DNA of 64,000 nucleotides from Octopus vulgaris (lineage: Eukaryota): positions 38,440,001-38,504,000 of the forward strand of contig OX597832.1 of the NCBI GenBank assembly GCA_951406725.2, given 5' to 3'. A program made the translations under genes and the position numbers. Positions 14,900-28,228 of the stretch are shown here, piece by piece; position 1 is the stretch's first letter; each line of letters opens with the position of its first letter. Under the pieces are notes generated by a model. The model was not told the origin of the DNA, did no database searches, and saw only the letters and a program-made list of their open reading frames with translations.

Positions 14900-15112
14900 G
14901 CGCGCGAGAGGCTTGCACAGAATTTGTGTGTACCAAACTCATACACAAGGCATTAGTTGGCATAGTGCTATAATAGAAGCTGCTTACCAAAATTTGCATG
15001 CAGTGGAATTGAACAGGAAACCAAGTTCTTGCACAGCAAACTTCTTAAACACCAAACATAGATATACCTATATACACACCCCATAAAAACAATCATAAAC
15101 ATACCTATATCC

Positions 15113-15343
15113 ATTTCTTTACTACCCACAAGGGGCTAAACACAGAGGGGACAAACAAGGACAGACAAACGGATTAAGTCGATTATATCGACCGCGGTGT
15201 GTAACTGGTACTTAATTTATCGACCCCGAAAGGATGAAAGGCAAAGTCGACCTCGGCGGAATTTGAACTCAGAACGTAGCGACAGGCGAAACACTGCTAA
15301 GCATTTCGCCCGGCGCGCTAACGTTTCTGCCAGCTCGCCGCCT
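15113..15343 (-). mobile_element. SINE family A, full length
   Basis: Reverse complement of 12317-12550. The flanks share atacctatat (probable target-site duplication). Confidence 0.92.
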
Positions 15344-15596
15344 TCAAATATACCTATATACACAGCCCCAACACACACATGCATATGCGCGTGCGCATAT
15401 ACATAGTTGTTGAAATTTCACATTTATGTGATTGCGAGAAACAGAATTCAAATTAAAATTAAGATTAATTCATAGAATTAATTTATCTTTATTTTGTACA
15501 ATGATTTCTAATTTAGGTCCAAAGCCATCAATATTTTGCGATGGTGGTTAGTCGATTACATTTATCCTCGTAATGAACGGAGGTTGATAAAGTTAA

Positions 15597-15824
15597 CCTA
15601 TTTCTTTATTACCCACAAGGGGCTAAACACAGAGGGGACAAACAAAGACAGACATAGGTATTAAGTCGATTACATCGACCCCAGTGCGTAACTGGTACTT
15701 AATTTATCGACCCCGAAAGGATGAAAGGCAAAGTCGACCTCGGCGGAATTTGAACTCAGAACGTAACGACAGACGAAATACGGCTACGCATTTCGCCCGG
15801 CGTGCTAACGTTTCTGCCAGCTCG
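15597..15824 (-). mobile_element. SINE family A with target-site duplication
   Basis: Reverse complement of family A. gagg(t/c)tgataaagttaacc occurs on both flanks. Confidence 0.92.
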
Positions 15825-16034
15825 AGGCTGATAAAGTTAACCGTGGTGGGAACTGAACCCGGGACGTCAAATGCCCGGACGCTCTAATGATTCGGCCATT
15901 CCACCAACCTGATTTGTTTAATTAAAATAATGGTTCTTGCAAGACTGGTTCTGTTTTCTGCAAACACTAGAAATCATCAAACGAATTCTAGCGTGAAGGA
16001 AACAAGACTAGACTCGTTAGAATCATATGCTTTG

Positions 16035-16102
<68 letters not shown>

Positions 16103-19100
16103 TGTGTGTGTGTGAGTCTATATACGTATACATGGTTGTATGTATACTTATTTGTATTTATACAAGATAAAAGAATCAATGCTGTTATATTGCTATGTGT
16201 GTCCGAAACTGGTAACATCTTGTAGAAATAAGACAAGTCTTCAATTATATGGAAGGTGAAATGGTGTGCAGATGTTACAATATGGTAAATATGGAACAAT
16301 TTGAGAATGTCATTAGCCATGGGTGTCCTGCACAACTAAATGTATTCGTCAGATAGTATTACATAAGGAGTTCAGATTTATAGAATCACGTGACTGGTGT
16401 GCCTCGTTGTGGAGCCTTTGATCGCCTTATGGTGTTTATCGAAGAGAGAAAGAGAGAGAGAGAGTGTGAGAGAGAGAAGTGTGAGAGAGAGAAGTGGAGA
16501 GAGATAGAGAGAAAGAAATAGGAAAGAGGAGAGATGTGGAAGGGGAGAGAGAAAGAGCTAGTGCTTGGTGATCGTGAAAAAATAAAGGGAGTTGGAGAGA
16601 ACTGCGGAAGAGACACGTGTGGGGAAAGAGACGAGGTAGAGACTGAAGCATGTGAAAAAATAAAGGTAGAAGAGAGAGAGATCAAGGCAGAGAGATAAAG
16701 GCAATGAAGAACAAAGAGAGAGAAAAGTGGTGAGATATAAAGAAGACATAAATTGAGTTGGAGAGAGACAGCCGAGAGAGACACATGAAAAGTGAGACGT
16801 ATGAAGACAGGAGAGCGACAGAGAAGAGGTTGTGCAGGTGATGAGAGAGTTACAAAGGTATTTAAAATTAAATGAAGAGCTGAATTATAAATAATCCAAA
16901 ATGAACGTCAATATAAATCAGGATTTAATTTGCTAAACGTTCCTCTGATTCCTTCTGGCTGACTGGAGGGAGAGAGGTTTGCAAGAATATTTATTGCAAT
17001 GGCGGTAGACTGTAGTTGTTGTACGAGGTGGAGACTCAAACACGTCTTTTATTTAGCATTATTTACATGCAATTATTTCATTTTACCCCAATAAAATATC
17101 AAAGCATGTGTACAATAATAACAGAGTATCTCAAAGGTTTAGATATTTGTTGATATGATTTTATGATACAAAGTGTTCATATGTAATCATATCTTCCAAC
17201 AATTCTTTTAATGCCAGTAGAATGAGGTGGCGCCTTGGCTTCATGAGTTCGTAGTCTTATATCGGGTTCCTGTGTAAGTATTTCATCGAGTCAATGCGAT
17301 TAAGAATAGTAATATTTTCACTCGGATCAATTTTGCCGTAATTAACCTCTCAGCTTTCTCTGAGTATCACCGAATGGTGTTAAGTCCTTAATTGCTACAA
17401 TATCTTCTCGACCACAAGTAAAACTAATGAAAGACTACTGTGGTCACTTTAAACACCTCATTTATGTAGGTCGTTCGACGGGAGAGACCTTTAGTATTTA
17501 CTATTTTTGATCATTTATTCCTATACTGTGCTCTATATCAAACATAATCCATAAATTTCTGACCGGCTTCTAGGTAAAATTTTTACCTAACAGAAAGTAG
17601 AGTCAGCTTTTGACAGTCCTAGCTATCGTATAAGTCTCTTATTTTATCGCATAATAAAATTTTTTTCTCTGAAGAATTTAGTGACCGATAAAAATGTGTT
17701 ACAGGCATTTTGATTATAAGTAAAAGAATTATCAATATCGGCGCTTTGCATACTTTTCAACAAGTATGTTTCTAAGAGAACGAGTTCTCTAGCCAATGTT
17801 TTGTCGCTGGAGTCAGTCAGCGGTCATCGAGCAAATTTTCATCGAAGGAGAAGATTAAATCAGTCAGTAATTAATTGAAGGTTAATTTAAGGCATTCCCT
17901 ATTAGTTCTCAATTAGTGTAGTATCAGCATTATGAATGAATATATTCAAAACGCCATTTAGGGAGTTTGCTTTTCATTGTCCATTTTCGTACTGTATATG
18001 TATATAGGATTTACGTGACATAGGCATTACCTATAGCAATGTTTTAACGATGTGGTACGCATTTTTCTCTCACACGATCATCGAAATATTTTTGGCTGTG
18101 ACTTGTGTGTGTGTGTGTGTGTGTAGATACGTTAATATCGAACAATGAGAATGAATACTAAACAACGAATTAGTGGATAACAATGTTTTACTAATAGATT
18201 AAGGCTACCATTGTTTTCATGTGAAGAAGGCCCTCAACAATTATTAAGTCTGCCACGGGAGGAACATCGGTTTTCGCCCACGTTTTGGATTAAGACATAC
18301 ACATAGTCAAACATACATACATATAAATATGTGAGTGTGTGTGAGAACTGGAGTGCAAATTTATATATTTAACGTATATGTACATGTACATATATAGGTA
18401 TGCATTTAATTCATACATTTAGCCATTTAAAAATTCATTTTAATCTATTTTTATATTTTTCCCAAAATTTTTAAAGTAACTAAATATCGTCACAAATCGC
18501 AGTTTATTATTGTTATAGTATATATATATATATATATACATACATACACGTATTTTTATACGACATTTATATTTATAAAACGATATCTGAAACGTCAACA
18601 ATCGTATTTTGAATTATATATATTTTTTATTTTATAAAGTATTTAATAAAGTTTTATATTTAATATGCCGTTAAATAGTTTTAATATGTCTTCAATATTT
18701 TATTTTACGTCTTTAATATTTCTTCAAAAAAATTCAATATATCTTTCACATCTTAACAACACTTTAAACTTAACTAAACAAAACTCCATTCGCCTGTCAT
18801 CTTTTTTTTCTCTTTTACTCTCTCACTGTTATTTTCGCTGTTTTCATAATTTTTATTATTGCTTATTGCTGTAGTTCTTACATATATTTATTTATTATTT
18901 TGAAGAAAACAACAATAAATTCAGTTTCAAAATTTTAGCTCCTTTCTTCCGAATAGCACAAAAATAAAATGGTGTTCTTCAAAAAGGAAAAAAAAAAATC
19001 ATAAATTTTGGGGAGGAAATCTAATAGGATTTTCCTAACTATCATAATTCATCTACGGAGAAAATATCTAATGGACTCTATACAATAAATATATCATATA

Positions 19101-19972
19101 CATTTTGTATTTTTGTGTATTTGTGTATAAACATCCACACTCATATATATATACATGTGAGTGCGCATGTGCGTTGGTGAGTATGTGTGTGTGTATTTAC
19201 GTACACACACATATACATTAGTAAGTATGTATGTATGTATGTATGTATGTATGTATATGTATATTAAGAAAAAATGCCCACTTTTATGAGTATATTTCAG
19301 CACCAGTTACAAATTATCTTTTTAAGTGTTTAAAATAAAAGGAAACACGGATAATATATTTACATGTGTGTGTGTGTGTGTATGTTAAAAAAATAATATT
19401 TATCCACCCATGCTGTGATGAACACTATCTTTTCCAGTTCGTCACTAAACTTTGTGTGTTTGTGTGTGTACGTATATAAAAAAAAAACCCAATTCATATT
19501 GACATATGTATATGTATAATAAGGATTTGATTGGCAGGACGTTGGATATCTAAAAATACCATACTGCGCACACTCCATGCTGTCACCTCTCTCTCTTGGG
19601 TACATACATATGTATGTTATATATATATACACATGCAAAAACACCCAAACACACACACACACATATATATATACATATATACATACTCAACTCATATGCC
19701 GTAGTCTTAATAGCGTGATCATCTTTCTCGATTCCCTGTTTCTTTTCGACAGCCACCCCACACAGCTCCCCACCGTCATATCTTCTACCCAACAACAATC
19801 TTCCCAGTCCGCACCCACAGCTTACTCTATTATCCATCACTGTCAAAGAAAACTATGGCAACACTACATAATTCTTCACTAATAACATTTCGCGATATCC
19901 GCCATTTTGCAGGTTATTTTCATTTTTAAAGATTATATATATATTCCTACTATGTATAAACTACTACTACTG

Positions 19973-20047
<75 letters not shown>

Positions 20048-20048
<1 letters not shown>

Positions 20049-20222
20049 AAGATATGAGAGTAAAACATTCTCAGAAACAGATTTATTGGGGAAAGAGAGG
20101 ACCTTGTGATTGATCCTTGGGTGTTAAGGATCTTGGAATGAGACCTTTGGCAACAGGTTGCTGTCCGCTCTCACACAGCTCCCGAGATCTCTGAGAAAAA
20201 AATGGAAATTGTAAGAAAAATC
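20048..20222 (+). mobile_element. 3' end of an R4/Dong-like element followed by (TAA)n
   Basis: Degenerate EH.QK..LLG..R.L motif, short 3' UTR and TAA tail. Parallels 21740-21920. Confidence 0.5.
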
Positions 20223-20272
<50 letters not shown>

Positions 20273-20722
20273 TTTACGACGTCAACAAGTTATCTCTCTT
20301 TCTCTTCCTCTGTCACTTTCTTCAATACTTGTGAAGATTACTTGTTGACAACGTAAAATTCCTCAGTCGAAATAACACTTCGACAGAACTGTTCAAACAG
20401 TAAGCTAGATTTTCGTTAGATTCAGATTAACTTTAAAACGCTTCCTCTTCCTTCTTTCCTTAGATATTAAATTTACAGGTGGGCAGTGAGGAATGCTCCT
20501 GTAGGCATCTTATCTCGACGGTGATGCTCCCGTCCTACCCACCCCTTCTACCATCTTCCCTGATGTCCAATATCTACCTCACTTCAGTACTTACAACTAC
20601 TCCTAAGCAGTCCTCTTCCTCTTCCGGTCAATATGAATGAATTATACTGAACTTGTGTTAAATGGCTTCCTCCTTTCCTAGTTGACTTCCTTTTCTCTTT
20701 CTATTATCTACTTTCTCTCTCA

Positions 20723-20753
<31 letters not shown>

Positions 20754-20784
20754 CTACTTTCTGCTTTTCTTCCTTCCCCATCTG

Positions 20785-21920
20785 TCAATACCAGGGTGGT
20801 GAGGAGGGGTTTAGCGTCCATCACCTATAAAATTTTCCAATGGCTTGCACAAGGCCTATCTACTAACTCTTTTCCAAGAGATGATTGGGAAAAGGCGAGT
20901 ATCGAGCGCATTCAAATAACCAGTGCTCTGGCTAGGCTGAACTCGTTAGCCTTGGATGGCAAGCAGCCTAGAAGAAGGACCACTCCTTGTTGAAAACCAG
21001 GGGCGCAAGGCCCCTGCCGCCTTGGCGGACTACTTTGATAGAGCTAGTGTCTCGATGAAAATAACGGTTGGTAGTAACCTAAAATCACACCTCATTCGTG
21101 AGTGAAAATACCAAGCAAAATAGATGACGATAACGGTGTAAATGGCACTGGAATTAATGGTGAAGGTGCCGCACCCGGCAGGTGCCCCACTGTGCAGCAG
21201 GGTGGGCCCGGTCGCAATCCAGCCACTGTTAGCCATACTTCATGACATAAGTGGAGTAAATAAGTAAACATGATAGTTATGGATTGTTACTACCGGAGTA
21301 CCGCAGCGGATGCGAATAGTGTTCCTGTCAGAGTGTACAGAACATGAATTCACAGCGAATGGAAGGCAATGGAGCTGTTTGAAATTACTGAACAGAGATT
21401 ATATGACCAAGCAACAGCAATACGAAAGAATGGGTGATTAACAGAATTGAAGCAAGAAGCTATTGAAAGAAGGATATCGGGTGATGCTGGGCATGCGAAA
21501 AACAAAAGTAGTATAGTGGAAGAGATGGACATTTGTTCGCAAGTATATACTACTTTGAATTGTGAAAGAATTGAGATCAGTGACTACTCGAACAATGAAG
21601 ATCGATTAATAATATAGAGGATTTTTGATCTATTAAATAGAGAAAGGACAGATTTTTAGGAAAAAACAAGAAGAAAAAAACAACTTGACTATTTAAAATA
21701 TGTTGCACTCGGAAGTATCGGCACTCAGCTACCAACATGGCTGAAAAAGATCGGTGCAAGTATGAAGACAGAACACCTACAAAAATCAGCATTGCTTGGA
21801 ACTGCAAGAATTCTTCGCAGGGTTCTTGGAGCATGACCAGTAAAACAAGTGTCACTTTAGTCTGCTGGCTGTGGACAGCTGACACTTTCCACCATACCCA
21901 ACTGAATTTGCATCACATAA
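20785..21920 (+). mobile_element. Internally deleted R4/Dong-clade non-LTR retrotransposon (5' UTR + N-terminus joined to extreme C-terminus, TAA tail)
   Basis: N-terminal HKWSK*VNMIVMDCYYRS...EWKAMELFEITEQRLYDQATAIRKNG*LTEL (R4/Dong N-terminal Myb-like block). C-terminal ALGSIGTQLPTWLKKIGASMKTEHLQKSALLGTARILRRVLGA* with stop at 21834-21836, followed by (TAA)n. Confidence 0.8.
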
Positions 21921-21921
21921 A

Positions 21922-22010
<89 letters not shown>

Positions 22011-22221
22011 TAATTACAACAATAACAACAGCAAAAAGAACAACAATGGAATAAAATTTAAGAGGTTCTGCGGAAAGTTTGTCTTTTCGGGACAGAAATG
22101 ATCACAGGAAGGGTTTTGAGCACTTGATGGTTTGTTGAAATATAACTACAAAAGTCAGGGAAGAGTTATTAAGGTGCAAAGATTTATAGATAAAAGTATG
22201 CAAACAGACATAAAAAGATAG

Positions 22222-22252
<31 letters not shown>

Positions 22253-22376
22253 GATAGATATGCATATACTACATGAAGTATGGATATATATACATATACA
22301 AACACATAATCTTATTTGAAAATGGATGCTTGGCGTTCAATTAAATAATAATATAAATTTTATATATATATATATA

Positions 22377-22853
22377 TGGGTACAGGACGTTACCAACTGT
22401 GTAAACACCATGAAGTACGAAAACAAGCGAGTTAAATATGCAAACGAGAGAGAAAAAAAGGTAAACAGGTCAAGTAAACACAGAGAACGACCCTTCATCA
22501 ATTGTCGGCTGTCCATCTACTCCTCATTTCGAGCATTCAACAACAATATGAGTCTTCGAAGACATTTGCTCCCATAAATTCCATCTTTCTTTTCCTGCAT
22601 GATGTTCTAAGGACTGGACGTTTTCTTTCTCTCTCTTCTATAGTTTCCCTTTTCTAAGAACATATTTCTCCCAGCGTTCATTATTTTCCTCTCGTTCTGG
22701 TCTAACGACCTCCCATGTTTGTTTCCGTTTGTTTTCCTTGTATGTCTCCACTGTCCTGTTTTTGTTCCCAACTTTGACCCTCCATAAATCCATATATGCA
22801 TATACATATACATGTATATATATATGTGTGTGTGTGTGTGTATGCATCTATGC

Positions 22854-22884
<31 letters not shown>

Positions 22885-22892
22885 TTATTTAT

Positions 22893-22929
<37 letters not shown>

Positions 22930-23362
22930 TTCTACCTATACATATGTGGTACAGGACGTTACCAACTGTGTAAACAACATGAAGTACGAAAACAAGCGAG
23001 TTAAATATGCAAACGTGAGAGAAAAAAAGGTAAACAGAGAAAGTAAACACAGAGAACGACCCTTCATCATTCGTCGGTTGACCATCTACTCCTCATTTCG
23101 AGCATTCAACGACAATAAGAGTCCTCAAAGACAGTTGCTCCCATAAATTCCATCTTTCTTTTCCTGCACGACGTTCTAAGGACTGGACGTTTTCTTTCTC
23201 TCTCTTCTATATTTTCCGTTTTCAAAGAACATATTTCTCCCAGCGTTCATTATTTTCCGCTCCTTCTGGTCTAACGACCTCCCATCTTTCTTTCCGTTCG
23301 TTTTCCTTGTATGTCTCCACTGTCCTGTTTTTGTTCCCAACTTTGACCCTCCATAAATCCAT
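22377..23362. mobile_element. Two tandem copies (~22377-22790 and ~22947-23362) of a ~410 bp non-coding element separated by TA microsatellite
   Basis: ggtacaggacgttaccaactgtgtaaac...tttgaccctccataaatcc is repeated at high identity. A related element lies at 60868-61282. Confidence 0.85.
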
Positions 23363-23367
23363 ATATG

Positions 23368-23406
<39 letters not shown>

Positions 23407-23449
23407 GTATATATATACATACATATATATATATATATATATGTATATG

Positions 23450-23481
<32 letters not shown>

Positions 23482-23537
23482 TGTATGCATCTATGCACAT
23501 ATATATATATACACACATATATTATTTATAATATTAT

Positions 23538-23570
<33 letters not shown>

Positions 23571-24155
23571 GTATGAATCTATGCATATATATATACGCAC
23601 ATATATTATCTATATTATTATCTATACATATACACACAGATATATATACATATGCACACACACACATATATATATATATATGCATTTGTATGTGTATGTG
23701 TATATATATACATATACATATATGTATACACACACACGTATATAAACACAAATATATATATATATATATATATATACTTCTACCTATACATATGTGTATT
23801 TGTATCGATCTATCAATCTGTCTCCCTCTGTGTGTGTGTGTGTGTGTGTGTGAGCATCTTATACTTGAGATTGTCAACTCATATAATTTCGAGGACAACA
23901 ACTACAAAAAAAAAACAACATCAATATGCATATATTTTGTTGATGATAAAGCTTGTCTTATACGCCTTTTAAAGAAAAAAATATTTGCCTTATTTTTCCA
24001 ATTCCTTTTTTTCTTTTTCTTTTTTCACCGTTTACCATTCCAACATAATTTAGATTCCCTCCTGTTTATAACCTACTGCGATAATTTAAATCTAAGTTCA
24101 AATGCTTTCTTCACTTTATTCGAGATTTTTTCTGCGCTTATTACATACATGCATG

Positions 24156-24218
<63 letters not shown>

Positions 24219-24506
24219 GCACACATACATACGAATAGACAATTATTTGGTGTCGTTGTTAAAGTTGCTGTTTTTATTTTAATTTTTAGTTCTTTAGTTT
24301 CTTAGTTTTAGTTATTATTATTTTTTTTTATTTATTTATCAGACATTTAAACATTAACAATCACATATTGAGAAATTCTGCTCATTGTAGTTTAAAATTC
24401 TTCAAAATGTATCCTTTTTCAAACTTCTCAATTGAAGAAATGCATTTTTTTTTTGGTGGCGGGGCAACAAACACAAACACACAAAAACACAGAAAGGGAC
24501 ACACAC

Positions 24507-24553
<47 letters not shown>

Positions 24554-24593
24554 CATACATACATACATACATACATACATACATACATACATG

Positions 24594-24624
<31 letters not shown>

Positions 24625-24669
24625 GTATGCATGTCTGTATGTGTGTGTGTGTGTGTGCATGCGTGTACG

Positions 24670-24704
<35 letters not shown>

Positions 24705-24851
24705 CTTAAATTTTAATCCTTTTCTTCAAAATATCTTTATTGTGAACGAAAACATTTTAAGTTTACTGTAAATCGCACTTCCCGTTTTCGAATCGCCGTT
24801 GAAACTATTCATGATTTAGGAGCGTGTAAATTCACTCACACGATGGCTGAA

Positions 24852-24917
24852 CATCACCTAATCACTAATTGTTCATCACCTAATCACTAATTGTTCATCA
24901 CCTAATCACTAATTGCT
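24852..24917. repeat. 22-bp tandem repeat x3 (catcacctaatcactaattgtt)
   Basis: Read directly from the sequence. Confidence 0.9.
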
Positions 24918-24944
24918 CACTTGTCCTATTAGTCTGATATATTG

Positions 24945-25150
24945 GTTTCAGATTTTGGCACAAGGGCAGAAATTTTGAGTCAGGTGGTAAATCGATCACA
25001 TCAACTTCAGTGCCTTACTGTTACCTATTTTATTGACCCCCAAAAGATCAAATGCAAAAGCGACTTCGGCAGGATTTGAACCCAGAAGCTCAAGACGTGT
25101 GTTATGCTGCCAAGTACTTTGCCCGGCGTGCGAACGGCTCAGCCCGCTCA
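24945..25150 (-). mobile_element. SINE family A, degenerate
   Basis: ttttggcacaaggg...cgacttcggcaggatttgaac...gcccggcgtgcgaacg. Confidence 0.7.
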
Positions 25151-25399
25151 CTGTCTTTCATTAGTCTGGTATAGTATGCAAAGCTAGATGGTCAAGAATG
25201 GTTTCTGTTCGAGTAGACGAATGTAAGAAGTGGTACAGCACCCGACTAGATTTTTTTTCTGGGACAACTACTCGAACTCTCCACATTGAAAGGCCCGAAA
25301 CCCAGTACAACAAACATGTGTTTAGAATGTTGACTGAAAGAATCACTTAGGGTCTTTCTGCAGAAAGACCTTAAGTGCAACTGTTAGCAGGGTCATGCT

Positions 25400-25850
25400 C
25401 CAGAGTATTTCTTTTAACAGCAAAGGAAAAAGAAATATCATACACAAGTCAAATTTTAAAAAATACCACCACACCACACGCTCTCCAAATGTGAGCAACA
25501 CTGAAGAACAGTCCTCGCAGTCACTTCAAATTCTGGGACTCGATATTAAAGAGAATCCTATTTGGTGAAATCCTATCTTTAGTTTTGCTTGGACAGCATT
25601 CCAAAATTAGCAGATATTTCAGCTCTCAGCATCTGCTGACACTACAAGGATCATTTGAAACCCACATTGGAGATCTGCTCTCATATCTAAGATAGTGCAC
25701 ACAGACATCTGGGGTCACATCCGTGGGTGAGCCACTTGACTAATTGAATCGTAATTACTAATGAGCACGTTCCAGTCTCTGGTCCCCAGTTGTGCTATCT
25801 CCCGTCTGTAACCCTTCTCTCGCTACTATAATGTCTTCTGTTCCGTTTTC
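25400..25850 (+). mobile_element. Degraded jockey/CR1-group LINE RT C-terminal fragment
   Basis: Broken frames give SLQILGLDIKENPIW, YFSSQHLLTL and LKPTLEICSHI*DSA (cf. RPxLEYCSHIW). Confidence 0.6.
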
Positions 25851-26218
25851 CCAGGCTAAACCAGGAAGGAAAAACAAAACATACTGAGAATGATAATACT
25901 CTGGAACTCATTACGTCCATGTTTTCTTCCGCAGGCGCCAAAAAGAACGTTAACCGCCTCCATCGTACTGCGAAAATTTACCTCTAGATGAAATAATGAT
26001 AATAATAATAATAATGATAATAACTATGTGAGAACTATTACTACCCATGTATTTTAATTTAACTTTGTTTCTATCAAAAAAAAAATAATGAACGAACTAG
26101 TGAGTTTAGTTCAATGGCCTACCAATGTATACTATGAGTTTCTTTGCCCTAGGAGTCGGGAAGACACTCAGCAAGAAATTGAGGCAAATTTGAAAGAAGA
26201 AAAACCCATAAATAACAA

Positions 26219-26283
<65 letters not shown>

Positions 26284-26411
26284 ATGATGATAATAAACTT
26301 TTCTTCTCTAGGCACAAGGCCCGAAATTTTGGGGGAGCAGGCCAGTCGACTAGATCAACCCATAAACTGGTACTTAGTTTATCGACCCCAGAAAGGATGA
26401 ATGACAAAGTC

Positions 26412-26700
26412 GACGAAGACAGGTGATGTAAACAGCAAACAGATGTATTAGTTTAACGCTCGGGAAGTGAAAAAGTCTTTAACGTTTCGAGCCTATGCTC
26501 TTCCACAAGAAGAAACATAGAAAGAAATAAGCGTGGCTTAGGGATCAATGATATTGGACCCTTGATGGTAAGATTGGACCCTTGATGGCTCGAAACGTTA
26601 AATACTTTTTCACTTCCCGAGCGTTAAACTAATACATCTGTTTGTTGTTTACACCACCTGTCTTCGTCTTTTTTTTGGGGGGGAGGGGTGAATTCTCCCC
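26412..26700. mobile_element. Fold-back pair of the ~200 bp CUGUAGA-core hammerhead element family
   Basis: Arms 26412-26493 and 26587-26668 are near-perfect reverse complements and match the element at 28229-28442. It ends at (TA)n. Confidence 0.8.
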
Positions 26701-26729
26701 CCCCCTATATATATATATATATATATATA

Positions 26730-27010
26730 TTCCAAGAAAGTTAGAGGTTGTGAATCCAACCAACTACGGGATAATATCTATCCAATATACTGCTGGTTGA
26801 ATACCCAATTATTAATACGCAAGTGTTTTTTACTGCATTGCAATTACATTACCGAGTGTACTAAATGGATGAGGGTAAAGAGTTATTTTACCATTAATTT
26901 ATTTTAATAATTACTGGTATCTTTATTATATTTTCTATGTAAAACATAATATGATATACATGTATGTATGTTTTTGTAATTGTCATTTTAGTAAATAAAT
27001 AATTAAATAA
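26730..27010. mobile_element. (TA)n-adjacent element tail homologous to the reverse complement of 48490-48575
   Basis: agaggttgtgaatccaacc...gggataatatctatccaatatactgctgg versus reverse complement aggggttgtgagtgcaacc...gagataacaagtatccaatatactgctag. Confidence 0.6.
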
Positions 27011-27078
27011 AGAAATTGGCGTAAAATAATGTCTAAAAGTTGATGAACCACCGCTTGATCACCTCCATTTTCTTATTG

Positions 27079-27150
<72 letters not shown>

Positions 27151-28228
27151 GCATATGTGTGTGTGTGTGTGTGTATGTGTACGTATACTATATACGTGTT
27201 TGCATGTATTTGTATACACGAGTCTCTAAATGTTTCTTTAAATGAATAAATATCGATGTGCATATCTTGCGCACATGTGTGCATGAACGACACAATGTCC
27301 TTTCCTTGTAAGGGTCGCATTTGGTGTGTAGAGTTAGTGCCTAAGTTGAAGTGGGAGTAAGTATCGTAGGGAGAATGGTTCGAGTCAGCATGTGGTGCCT
27401 TCTTCAGCTGAGTGTAGCAGTAATTATGTTATTGGCGGACAGCATAGCCGTTGAGGAGAGATTCTGTTAATGGCTGCGGAAAGAGGTGAGAGTGATGAAG
27501 TAGAGGTAGTGAATGTTGGGAAATGATTAATGCCTGAAGAGGAAGGAACAAGAGAGACAGGGAAAAGGACACAAAGAGAGTACAGGGACGGAGAAGATAT
27601 ATATATATATATACATATGTATGTATGTATATATATATCGATATATGTATATGTATACACACTCACAAATATATATAGAGAGAGGGGGAGGAAGAGAGAG
27701 ACGATAGACATTTGGACAGACAGATAGGCTGTGGGAAGAGAGTAAAGAGGTTGTGGAGAGATATTAATGATCAGACAAACTGAAAAAGAGAGAGGGGGAG
27801 AGAGAGGGAGAGAGAGAGAAAGAGAGAACGGGAAAGACGAGGCAAAAGCAGAATAAATGTGGAATAGACAGATAAACAGAAAAAATGTTGGAATTTGACG
27901 GTAAAAATAGAGAAAGAGTGAGAAGAGTGTGATATATGTCTGAATGTGTGTGTGCGAAAGAGAGAGAGAATGTGTATGTATGTGTGTGTATGTGTGTTTG
28001 GGTGGATGAATGTAATGAAGCATAAAATACAATGAAGGTGGCTTTATGAAGTCATTGGATCAGCTAGAAATACCAACCAGACCAATCTCTCTCAAAGAAT
28101 CCCTCAGTTTTAAGAAAATGTTGTCGAAAGAAATGGAATGAACAAATGTTGGATAATTTTCATCGCGATTGACCAGGATATAAACAAAACGGACTAAAGA
28201 GAAACATAAATATATATATATATATATA

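Noticed and set aside
20900-21030. HDV-like ribozyme in the R4/Dong 5' UTR
   Set aside because: Hairpins are present, but I could not draw the nested double pseudoknot by eye.
24852-24917. CRISPR-like repeat
   Set aside because: There are no spacers, the context is eukaryotic, and it is a simple tandem repeat.
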